Shown in pieces: positions 11,707 to 22,981 of a stretch of 64,000 bases of DNA; the first letter of the stretch is position 1; each line of letters starts with the position of its first letter. Origin of the DNA: Anthoceros angustus (taxonomy: Eukaryota > Plantae > Anthocerotophyta); assembly GCA_010909165.1 (NCBI GenBank), contig MU008158.1, positions 3,745,331-3,809,330 on the forward strand. The letters are read 5' to 3'. A model generated the notes under the pieces. That model made no database searches, was not told the DNA's origin, and saw nothing but the letters and a program-made list of their open reading frames with translations. A program made the position numbers and the translations under genes.

Positions 11707-14700
11707 ATGAGGGAAATGCTGCGAATTACCGGAGCTCGCGCGCCCGCCCCGGCATTGCACCCACTGTCTGCGCTCCGGATACTGTGGTTTGCTCTTTTGG
11801 TGGTGGCGGTTTGTGGGCAGACGGATCCAGGCAAGTGCTTCATGCTGTGGGTCCTGGGGACTTGGCTTTCTATGGCTCAACATTACGAGCGTCATTGCGT
11901 TCGGCTGTTGTGAACGCCTTCTCACTGTCGAGTTCTTCTTCTTACAGGAACGGATGGCTTCATAAGCATAGACTGCGGAGCTCGATCTGGCTATAACAAC
12001 ACACAAACGCAAATTCCTTGGAGCGCGGACGCTCTTGCTGTTGGAAGGACGTACACCGTGAATTCGCCGAATGTCGCCAGGGAGTTGCTCACCCTTCGCG
12101 CATTTCCACCGGGGGGTTCCCCAGTGCGGACTTGCTACTCCATTGCAGTCCTTCCAGGCACCGCTTATCTAGTCCGCGCAGGTTTTATGTATGCAAATTA
12201 CGACAAACAGTCCAAACCTCCTCAGTTTGGGCTCTACCTGGACGCCACTCTGTGGCAACACGTAGATCTCAGTGCTACCGGGCAAATTGTTTACTATGAA
12301 GCAATTACCAGCTCAGCCAGAGAGTATTCCTTGGGAAACATCACAGTATGTCTGCGCAGGACGAATCCTGACGCTCCTCCTATCATCAATTCCCTGGAGT
12401 TGAGGCCACTGCCCAACAACACCTACGCTGACAGGCTCCGGATGTCGCCAGGAAGTGTGGATGTCAATCTCTATCTTGTCAGCAGGATCAACTTTGGAGG
12501 TCCCTTCATAAGGTACGATACTGGGAGCACCCTCCAGTTCCGTGCTTTCCTGGTTCGATGACGTATCGCCTTACTGTGATGTTGCTGTGAAAATGCAACA
12601 GGTTTCCTCAGGATCGATACGATCGATTCTGGCAAGGTTACACAATGCTTCCGGAGGTCAGGGGCCTTCCTGTTCTGCATGCTCCTGGGGATCAAAGCTT
12701 CACATGGCAAACGCCAACAGATGCTCCACCGGATATTGTCTTGCAGACTGCTATCTCCGCGCCAAACATTTCCTTCACGATCTCGTCGTTACCCACTACC
12801 ACATTTCAGGCTTACGGCTCGCAGTTTTCCTGTCAGCTGAATATCGTTCCTGGCCAAGTCGATATGGATTGGAGTATCTATACCATGTTACATGGAGCAT
12901 ACACGCCATACATGCCGAATTATAACTCAGATATTACCCTTCCCAGCCCCTTCTCCTGCGCTCAGTATGGTGTGCTCAATGGATCCGTTAGCTCAAACTT
13001 CTCGTTACGACTTGGGAGCAATTCGCCTTCAGGTGGCAACCCCGTGCTGGGGGCGCAGGAGATCTATTCTATTGTTCCTGTTACCCTAGGAACTTCGACT
13101 GTCGATGGTAGGGAAGATGGCCTCCTGAGGCAGTGAGTTTGGCTCGCGACTTCTGTTACCTTGTATGTGGAGCATTGATGCAGTCGTCATTCCTTGCAGT
13201 GCTAGCCCTAGCTGATCTGAAGAATCGGTTGGGCTTAAACTTCGGAAGTTGGGTAGGAGACCCGTGCCTTCCCAATGCATGGGAGCGCATCAAGTGCAGC
13301 TCAGACTCTCCGCCTCGCGTCACCTATTTGTAAGTTGCCGAGGATTGTTGGTGTTTGCTGCTGTTTACACAAAAGCTGACCATTTGGCATGTCACTGGGC
13401 TCCAGAGATCTATCTAGGATACAAGCCTCGGGCCCAGTACCCGAAAGCATTGGAAACCTGACAGCCCTGGAGTTCTTGTAAGCTCAAGTTGGTGTTTCAC
13501 TTTCTAGTATGTATAGGAAAAGTCTGCTGGTAGCAGTAGCAGAGGTGTGAGGCAGGAAGGGCAAAGTAGAAGTCAGGGATGGTTCTTCATTTGAGGCATG
13601 TTCATGTGTGACTGATGTAGCTCTACCTCCGTTGGACGACGGTATAAAGAACCAGACTAAACAGGATTTCTTGTTACACGGCAGGTCACTCGCAAATAAT
13701 TCCTTCACAGGACCCATACCTGATCTGTCGGCACTCACGTTGCTATCGTTTCTGTAAGTGTCTCTTATTCGGCAGGTCCTGCTGCTTGGTATACAGTATC
13801 TTTCTAGGGCTTTATAGCGGATGAGGCCGGCTCAACTTATAGCCTTAACCTTGAGAGGATGGCCAAATGTATGTCTTTGGTAGGAGCCTGGCCACAAATC
13901 GTCTCAGTGGCAAGTTTCCTGACTGGCTAGGTCTTCTTCCATACTTGAAGGCGCTGTGAGTTGGACTACATTCCTTACTCTTGCGAGCTCAATACCCGCT
14001 TTCTACTGGTTTGCCCTTCCAGCATTAGTTAGTGACGTGTCCCAGTCTGACTCTGATATTTTCTGCACCTATCAGGCACATCGAGAACAATCAGATTGCG
14101 GGCCCTTTCCCACACAACCTAGCAGTTAATCTTGGCCCCAACTTCAGGTGTATGAATGGATCCCTTTTGTCATCATGCTATCCCTGGACAATGCATGTTA
14201 CATTGTGTTGGTAACTCAACGCCTTTCATCTGCGCAGCTATAATGGGAACACAAAGCTTTGTGATGATTCGACACCGTCATGTATCAGTGAAAATGCTGA
14301 AGCACCGTCATCTATTTCACCATTCCCAAGCCAAGAGAAAAGCTCGAAGACTGACTTTATACTTGGAGTAGGTGCTGGAATACTGATGACGATTCTTGTT
14401 ATGAATGCGCTCTTCGTAATCTACTGTATTTGCCGCTGTCGGACTCCAAAGTATCACAAGCCATCTGAAAATGGTTGGCCGGCTACTGTAACAGGTCAGT
14501 CTGCAGCTGAGCTGATAATGTCTGCTGACACTAGTGTGATCTTCTTGATGGTCGAACACGGACTCATCAACTCCATCCAGAACATTTTCACACATTGCGT
14601 CATTGTCACAGCTCTGCCCCATGATGGAGACATCGTGCACCAGCTGTATCCGGCTGAGAGGAGGCTGAGAGCTCAGTGTTACCCTTACTCTGCCATCAAG

Positions 14701-16092
14701 AGTGCCACTAGTAACTTTGGTGAGAGGCTGGGAGACGGTGGATTCGGGCCTGTGTATTACGGTGTACTTAGTGACAATCAGCAGGTTGCTGTCAAGGTCG
14801 TGCCTGTGAAGTCAAACCGTGAAACACACGACATCCTTGACGAGGTACTTGGACTCACTGTAGATTTTTGTCAACACTGGTCTGTTCCTTTGGCATCCTG
14901 ATATGACTGTTTAGAAACTTTCTTGATGATAGCACTGTTTTGTGTGCAGTTGGATGTGTTGTCAGTGGGATTGCACAAGAACGTGGTTCCTCTTGTCGGG
15001 TACAGCCAGAACATGAACGAGATACTGTTTATGTATGCCTTCATGGCAGAAGGGGACTTGCAGTCAAGACTTTATGGTGAGATTCGGTGGATACTTCAAA
15101 GCAGCTTAGTATCATGTAACTTAATCGCGTACCAGACACTTGGAAATTTTACATCAACGTCTCTTACAGGTTCAAAGGCGGCAAGCGACGCACTCACCTG
15201 GAAGGAAAGACTCAAAGTAGCAGTGGATGCTGCTGAGGGTATGTGCAGGTGGTATTAAGAGTTATGCCTTGTCCTGCAGGTGGTGCTGAGAACTGAATAA
15301 GAACCTCTGCTTTGGAACAGGCTTGGAGTTTTTGCACCATACATGCAGACCCAGTATTGTGCATGGGAACGTGAAAAGTACAAATGTCTTCTTGAGCAAA
15401 TCCTTGGAGGGCAAAATGGGGCATTATGGCGTTGCCAAGCTCATGGAAGAACAGGCAGGAAACATTGCCAACGTTGTTAACAAAACCAGAGGCTACCTTG
15501 ATCCTGAGTAAGTTGAAACGCTCTCACGTTGTATGGAAATGCCGAATTTTCGCCTGGAGTAGGTCGTTAACCTGGTGACAACCTACTCCACCCTGCAGAT
15601 ATTATGCTACTCGCCGATTGAGTGTGAAGAGCGATGTCTACAGTTTTGGAGTTCTCGTGCTTGAAATACTTTGCGGACGGTCTCCCCTCCTAGATCCCAG
15701 AGCACCTGCCTCTGCAAAGTGCACGAGCATTGTGGATTGGGTAAGCCGAACTTCTATTACACTGAAACTGCGAACGTTTCCAGCCAGGCCTTGAATGGAA
15801 ACTATCTGTTGGTGTTCAGGTCAGGGCCTCCCTTCAGAAAGGCACGGTGGAAGGTATAATGGACCCACGCCTGAGAGGGCACTATAATCTGGCAACAGCT
15901 TGGAACGTCGCGGAGATTGCTATTCATTGTGTGGAAATGAACAGCAAATGCAGGCCAACCATGACCGAGGTTGTTCTGGATCTGACTCGTGCTGTTGAAA
16001 TGGACTCCACCAGCGACGCAAAATCTGCTCCAACTCCGGCTCAAAAAAACGGCTTTGTGTATCACAGCCCACACAATCTGCCCTCTGTCTAG
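11707..16092 (+). CDS. malectin-like domain LRR receptor-like kinase (LRR-I type), RLK1; predicted pseudokinase; multi-exon
   Basis: Signal peptide; GFISIDCG, YLVRAGFMYANYD, INSLELRPL, RFPQDRYDRFW; WVGDPCLP; 4 single-exon LRRs; TM GVGAGILMTILVMNALFVIYCIC; kinase GDGGFGPVY, VAVK, HGNVKSTN, KMGHYG, GYLDPE, KSDVYSFG, RPTMTEV. First intron 11831-11947 is GC-AG. Confidence 0.93.
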
Positions 16093-16326
16093 AACAGAAG
16101 AGGCGAAGCCTATACCAGGACTCTGGTTTGTAGTGGCTAACTGAGTCTTCCAGGTAAGACATCTAACAACTGTATCTGTAAGTGTACACTAGGCACATTG
16201 CTTATTGTACAGCTTTTCATTGACACTTCACACAATTTGTTAACCTATTCTTCAAGACGAGGTCGACCTTCGTGCAAGTGCAACAACCAGAAGCACTTGG
16301 GAACGTCAGATGTACAATCAGAGACT

Positions 16327-17889
16327 TCAATCTTTGCTTGTGTCCTGAGACAGGCCCCAGAGATAGGCAATTAGACCTACATATGGAACAAATCTTAACT
16401 GTCTCACCAAATCTGCTCTGTCTTTCTCCACATTCAGCAGGTTGTCTCCTATCAGCCATGGTTGGAAAATGGAATACAAGACCAAGTCCCATATGAACGC
16501 ATATGCGACACGGTCGGTGTTGACGTAGTTCAGGAAGAAGTTCCACCGGTCCGCAACACTTCCATATTCTGCCCTGCCCGCGGCGAACCAGAACAGTGTC
16601 AAGACACCGACAACTGCCCCAGCGGCTCCAACTGTAAAGGCTCCAGACGTCATTGCTGCACTCAGCTTTTTGAGATCCAGAAGACCTCCTGATCCTCTGT
16701 TAAAAAGTGATGCCGAAGCTGGTTCCTTCGGCTTATTCAGACGAATGGCCATGTAAGGTATTAGAAATGCTGCAAGAGACAACAAGAAGGATGTCAGTTT
16801 GAGAAAAAGGTAAAGCCACCAGACAGCATATGTTGGAGTGAAGGATGGTCCTCAACTATTGGTAAGGAACATCTGTAGAATCCACCATAGCTCCAAGGAA
16901 CCTTGGAAGCGGTCCCTTCTTTGATCAGTGAACAGCAACGGTGCGAAGAGGACTGACCAACCGATGACAAGGTTGAAAAGAGCTTCTGCAGTCTAACAGC
17001 CAGCAGGTGTCAATCGGTTTCTGTCAAAGATTCAAAAAAGTGGCAAGTCCCCTGGCAGTACAGCAGAACTTACAGGATGGACTATAGGAGACTCCATGAC
17101 GTGAACACCCCCTGTGCTGGGAGAAAACCATGGTCAGGAGCTACAGTTTCTACAGCCTGCTCTACCCGTGGCTTTGGCAGAGCTAAAGACAACAGTCTGC
17201 AGGAGAGCAAGGAGAAGAGGAGCTACCAGCATTCAAGATGGGCAACACGTAGAAGAAGTTGAGCGAGAGGTCGATGAGCATTGATATTGTTTGTGGTGTG
17301 ATGGCCCATACCGGTTCTCCCTGGTGCACAAAGCCAGTCAGTTGCGTCAGCAGGACAGGGTGGCAAGGTGAAGCAGGACGCCGTAGCCGATGCAGAAGGT
17401 ACTTCCCCGATTGGTGGGCCTCAGGCCGTAAGGCGATGAACACAAGATCGTACAGAATCCACTTACCGGAGCGTCTGGAAGAAAGAAGAGCCACACAACA
17501 TAGCCCGCCGCCACACACCACAGCACACCCCGCAAAACCGTTCGTTGCCCATCTCCCAGCTCCTTATCATCTCCAACTCCTTCAACCCGAATGTCCGTGT
17601 CAGAATCGGTTCCCAAGTTGCAACAAGGAGCCGGTGCATTGCGCGATTTCCACTGAGGAAGAGGGATGGCTGACAAGACACGCTTGCGGGTCCCTGCACA
17701 ACAGATAGGGCCACCGGTTTCACGCGACGCACGCGGGAGACGATCACTCGATCCTTGGACTGATCGCCGCATCTGCGAACAAATGTTCCAAGGGAAGGCC
17801 GTGACGCATGAAGGAGGAGCACGCCAATCCGATGAGAAACTTCCTGCCGTGACCGAGCTGCTGCAGAAGAGGCCAATCCTGTCCGCCAT
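16327..17889 (-). CDS. conserved multi-pass membrane protein of unknown function, probably plastid-targeted; multi-exon
   Basis: S/R-rich transit-peptide-like N-terminus. Exons: GYVVWLFFLPDAP|GEPVWAI...LSLNFFYVLPILN|...EALFNLVIGWSVLFAPLLFTD...QMFLTN|..FLIPYMAIRLN...AFIWDLVLYSIFQPWLIGDN...LRFVPYVGL. GT-AG junctions are visible. Confidence 0.8.
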
Positions 17890-17983
17890 TGTTAGGTTGC
17901 AGCTTACAAGCCTGCTGCCTCCGCCTTGGAGTTCAACCGTCTCTTCATTGTCCTCTTTCCACGTAATTTCAAAAGCCTATACG

Positions 17984-20218
17984 ATGCGGAGATCCCCGGA
18001 CCTTGCCTGCCGCAGAGCCTCCGCGCTGCTGTGGCTTTTGCTGATGCTAATTCTGCGCAGCGTCGGAGCTGCCGAGGATGGCTTGGACGTGGTCATTATC
18101 GGGGCTGGGATGGCAGGTAATTCAATCATGCAGCTGGTGCCCAGTGTCTGTCTTGGATGTATCCTGACGCCTGATGATGGGTTGGGGGAACCGTGGGACT
18201 TGTCCAGGCATTGCAGCAGGGAAGACGCTCTCAGAGAAGGGAGTGACGAACTTTGTGATTCTGGAGGCGACAGACAGGCTTGGAGGCCGCATCCGGCTCG
18301 GAGAATTCAGCGGAGTTCCTATTGAGCTGGGAGCGAACTGGGTGGAAGGCGTGAACGGGCCTCACTTGAATCCCATTTGGAAGTTGGCCCAGGACATTAA
18401 GCTGCGCACCTCCTATTCTGATTTTGACAACATCAGTAGCAACATCTACGGAAACAGGTCCGCCTCGGGCAGAGACGTTTTTGTGGCAGCTCAAGCTTGC
18501 AAGGACCTGGTGTCCCACTGGCTGCTTTCTTCTGAAATTGAAGCTTGGATTGTCTGATTTGTGGAGCTGTCTTCGCAGTGGGTACATCCCAGTGTCGCAA
18601 ACTGCTGAGGCCTACAACGCGTCAAGTGAAAGCTTCAAATTCGGAGAGGAGCTGGGAGCGAGGCGGACGGAGGAGGGAGCGGACGACACGTCGATCCTGT
18701 TTGCTCAGCGCGTCTTCGGCAGGTACTTCGGATATAAGAGACGTTTAGAAACCCACAACTGCAGCGGGTTGTCACGGCTCCGTGAGCGACGTTTTGCAGA
18801 GTTCCGACGACTCCGGTGGCCATGGCGTTGGACTACTTCGATTACGACTATGAATACGCAGGTTTTGATATGATGCGAAGGTTCCCTCCTGCTTGCTCAT
18901 GGTCGCATTTTGTGCTCCCGTTTGAGAACCTCGTTGCAAGCATTGCAGAGCCTCCCAGGACAACCAGTCTGGAAAACACCCAGCCGTTGCCTACTTTCGC
19001 CAACTACGGCTCCGACGAATATTTTGTGGCGGATAAGCGAGGTTACGTGGCAATTGTAAAACACTTAGCACTTGGCTATCTTAAGCATGACAAGGAGGAG
19101 ATTCGTGATTCTCGCTTGAAGCTCAACAAGGCAAGCCATTACTATTGTGATTTGAACAGTCGCTTACTGAATGTGTTACCATATGGTTTTGCGGACCTGA
19201 ACACCAACTGGAATATTACCCCGCAGGTGGTGAAGCACATCGAGCACTCCTCGAAAGGTGTGAAAATCGTGACGCACGATGGGACCAGGTACAATGCCAA
19301 GGCTGTCATCCTCACAGTCAGTCTCGGGGTGCTGCAAAATGGTGACATCACGTTCCAGCCTCCCTTGCCGGTACCGGTGCTCTTCTACCTTCGATCACTC
19401 CTGATGTTAGCTGCATCTGCCAGTCACGATGCCAACGTAAGTTGTGGTGGGTCTGCAGGGATGGAAGCTGGACGCACTATGGCAATACGATATGGCAGTT
19501 TACACCAAAATCTTTCTCAAGTTTGCCTACAGATTCTGGGATCCTGCACAAGAATTTTTCCTGTACGCTGATGGGAGACGAGGATACTATCCAGTATGGC
19601 AGGTAGCAACCCATGAATATGTGTGTTGTTCATTGTGCAGGTGCTTGATTCTCTACTAACTCCACCTTCACAGACTCTGGAAAGAGAGTATCCAGGTTCC
19701 AACATACTGTTAGTGACAGTCACAGATGATGAATCCAGACGGATAGAGCAGCAGGATGACAGCCTGACGTTGGCAGAAATCACGGTTGTACTCAGAACCA
19801 TGTTTGGAGAAACCGCGCCACAGGCTGAAGAGATATTTGTCTCAAGGTGGTGGACAAATCAGTATTTCCGGGGATCCTTCTCCAACTGGCCCGTTGGGTT
19901 GAGTCACGAAGATTTCGCCCTCCTGCAGGTATCATATCACTAGTTTTCTCAACCTGCAATTTTCTACATCTATGCAATCGGGTCTGATGTCACGAATGGT
20001 TGCAAGCAGACTCCAGTCAACACGATTTACTTCAGCGGAGAGCACGTCTCTGAAGACTACAATGGCTACGTGCACGGTGCATACTTTTCTGGTAAGTGTG
20101 AATTCGTAACGGGATTGTCCAAATGCATCTGCTTGGGCACCACATGACGAGGCTGTTTCCATGCACAGGTATAGAGTCTGCGGAGTCTGTTGCAAGGGAT
20201 CTGACATATTCCAATTAA
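17984..20218 (+). CDS. PAO: flavin-dependent polyamine oxidase with signal peptide (ZmPAO1/AtPAO1-like); multi-exon
   Basis: VVIIGAGMAGI (FAD binding), ILEATDRLGGR, IELGANWVEG, YEYAEPPRTTSL, FVADKRGY, VSLGVLQ, MAVYTKIFLKF, FLYADGRRGYY, VTVTDDESRRIEQQ, GSFSNWP, YFSGEHVSEDYNGYVHGAY. Stop TAA at 20216-20218. Confidence 0.95.
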
Positions 20219-20899
20219 TAGTGGCCTTCATCGTGGAAAACAAGTTTCAAAATGGCCTCCGGCCCTGTATCCCATGGAGAATCATGGAATCATTTGATGT
20301 TGTCGTTATCCCATCCCCAAGAAGTCCAGATTCGGGGTTTGAAAGCTGGCTTTGAAATGTTCCCACACTGTTCATCAGATTACAGAAACAGTGGACAGAA
20401 TGTCGGAGCAGTTGGACAAATCATGCCCCTGACAAGGCAGTTATGGACTGTAAGCCGTACAAGAACCGAGCGTGTGCATGGTGGACACCTTCCATGTAAT
20501 GTTTGAATGGCCACTTGCCGCTCGTTCACCTCCCCCTTCTCTGGTCGGTCTCTGGATTTCATTGCCACGCACTTAACAAGCAAAAATCCGGCATTCTCAC
20601 TGCAACCATTCCCCGCCAACGAGTCTCCATGACAACGAGATCCATGACTCCTCAGCTTTGCCACTCTCCCTTGTCCGCCAACGGAAACTGCCAAAGTCGT
20701 CAGGCCGGTCTCGTGATGAGTTTGCAACCGCGATTTGGCAGAGATGAGTAACTTGCAGCAGTAGCACGCCGAAGATGCGAACAATTGCTTTGACAGTCAG
20801 CTGATAGATGACGAGGTTCTCTACATCGATTTCGCCGAGAGTGCCTGTCCATATCCTATCCTGAGGCGAATCCTCACGCTTGCTCGTTCTCGATGGCAA

Positions 20900-22480
20900 C
20901 CCGTGAACCACCATTCTCAATTCTCCATGAATACAGTGTTCCGAAGCCCTCCGACTCCTGCCTAGACCCGCCCTGAAAGACTTTGTGTTCCGAACCGGGT
21001 CGGAACATCGGGTCGGTCAAACATTGAGTGGAAACACTGGAGGAACTGCCACTGCTGTAACAACAATAGGGGAAGAAAGGAGAGCCAGTGACCGATATCT
21101 CAATCAACCTGCTTTGTCCCACAAGTATATGCTTGACCACCTCTCGCATTGAGGGCCTCAAACTCGGTTCACCTCATCAGGATCCCAGCAAATTTTGCAA
21201 GCTGCAGCTCACCTCAGTAAGAAATTTCCTCTCCCCTTGTTTGAAATTGTCAGCAATCCGCATCACAGCCACCGGATCCCCCCTCCCCTAACAACGAGTC
21301 CTGGCTGAAATTAGCCGTCGCCCTTTGAAGCTCCCCGTAGCAAAACAGGCGGGGAGCACCATTCGAAATTTTGGTCCTGATCACCGTGCCTCGCTGCGCA
21401 TGGATGCTAAGACAAAGGGATCTTCCCCATTTCCGGTACAAAATCCACCCAAGCAAAGCAGCAGAGAGGGCAACAACGACAATCCCCGCCGGGACTGCCG
21501 ACTTCACTATCCGATTCCTCCCGGCACCGGGTCCTGCTTCCGGCTCCGGTACCCCACGCCCGTTCTTAGGTCCGCTTGCAATTCCTGTCGTGTTGAGCTC
21601 CCAGTAGAACAGCTCGTTGATTTCCACCGCACTCCCTGTACAGTGCTGGCGGAGAAGCGACATACGAGTAGGAGTTCACTCGATCTGTCAAGTTCACAGT
21701 GGTCTTGATCAACAGTTCGGCACTCATGATCAGCTTCAGGCTGCTGGACTGTCCAGCATAGCTTGGCACCGTATCTGCGATGCTCAACATCCTCACTTCT
21801 ACAAGCAGGGAAGCGGGGATATCGTGGTCCAGCCACACACCGAACTTCCCGTCCCAGAATCTGTCAAGCCTAGAGGACAAGTCACCGGCCTCGGAGGGCC
21901 GGACATTGTTCATCACCACAGCCACGTACGGCGTGTCATAGTTGTCCCCGGCGCTCTGGTATGTGTGGAACAGCAACGCGACGATTCTGCAGTCCTTGCC
22001 TCCAGAAGGTACCGCTCCTGTGTTGTAGCTCATGGTCTTGAGGAGCCCGATGCCGGCACTAGTGGACCTGTCAGGAACCTGCAGGTCGGGAGCCAGGAGG
22101 AATGCCATCCCGTCTTCTCCAGAGTCCTGTGGGACACACTGTGAAGCCTGAGAACGAAGAAGGATTGCAGGGAGGCAGCCGAGCCGGACTCTGGATCCCA
22201 CAGATGCAGTGGCTCTTACCGCATGAACCCTCACCGCCATGCCCTGGTTTTGCGTATTGTAACCTGCGAAGGGAAGTAGCTGGCTGTTACTCGGAGTGCA
22301 TGTCAAGGTCAGGTTCTGCCCGGCCTCACCGGTTGTGCCTATGCGGGACCCGCATCCTCATCCGCATCCGAAGAGAACCACAAACAAGCACAACAACAAT
22401 CCGGGATACACCGCTGACGACATGTTACTACCCAGCCTCTAAGGAATCCAAAATCCCCCTCCTACAGCAGGAGTTGCTCA
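20900..22480 (-). pseudogene. L-type (legume) lectin receptor kinase pseudogene; kinase domain almost wholly deleted
   Basis: Lectin motifs PLHLWDPESGSAAS, DGMAFLLAP, VALLFHTY, VWLDHD, SYV-GFSAST; TM AGIVVVALSAALLGWILY; PRLFCYGELQRATANFSQDSLLGEGGSG; then almost directly RPSMREVVK. Several frameshifts and stops. Boundaries approximate. Confidence 0.85.
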
Positions 22481-22981
22481 TCTTCCGTGGAGGAGTAGGT
22501 TCGTAGGAATTCACCTTTCAGCGTCCCTGCGGCGACAGAGCCGGAGTGTGCAAAGTCCCATTGGTATTATCATTAAGCCTGCGAATTTGGGGCAATCGGC
22601 CTGTCGTCTCAACAGACCGGAACCCCAAGTCTTCAAACAATTGATGCATCCACGGACAAAAGATTATGGTGCTTTTTTCTCACCGCGATTTTGGATCTTC
22701 GTAGAGAAAAGAAAACACTATAGAAACAATACAGCAGGAAGACCCGCACAGGGAGAGGGCAGGCAAAGGCCACCCCAAACACGACGCCCGGACAAAGATT
22801 ATGGTGCTTTGGCAATTCGCTTCAACAACGTTTTCTTCACTTTTGAGAAGTTGGCTTGTCTTTGATTAAGCTATGTTAAAGCGGAATGGAAGATTAAGCT
22901 GTGTTTAAGTTTGTAAAGGATTAGGGAGTAGGTATTGAAGAGTAACTAAAGGTTACGGTGTTGGTGTGATCAGCGTTGGAG

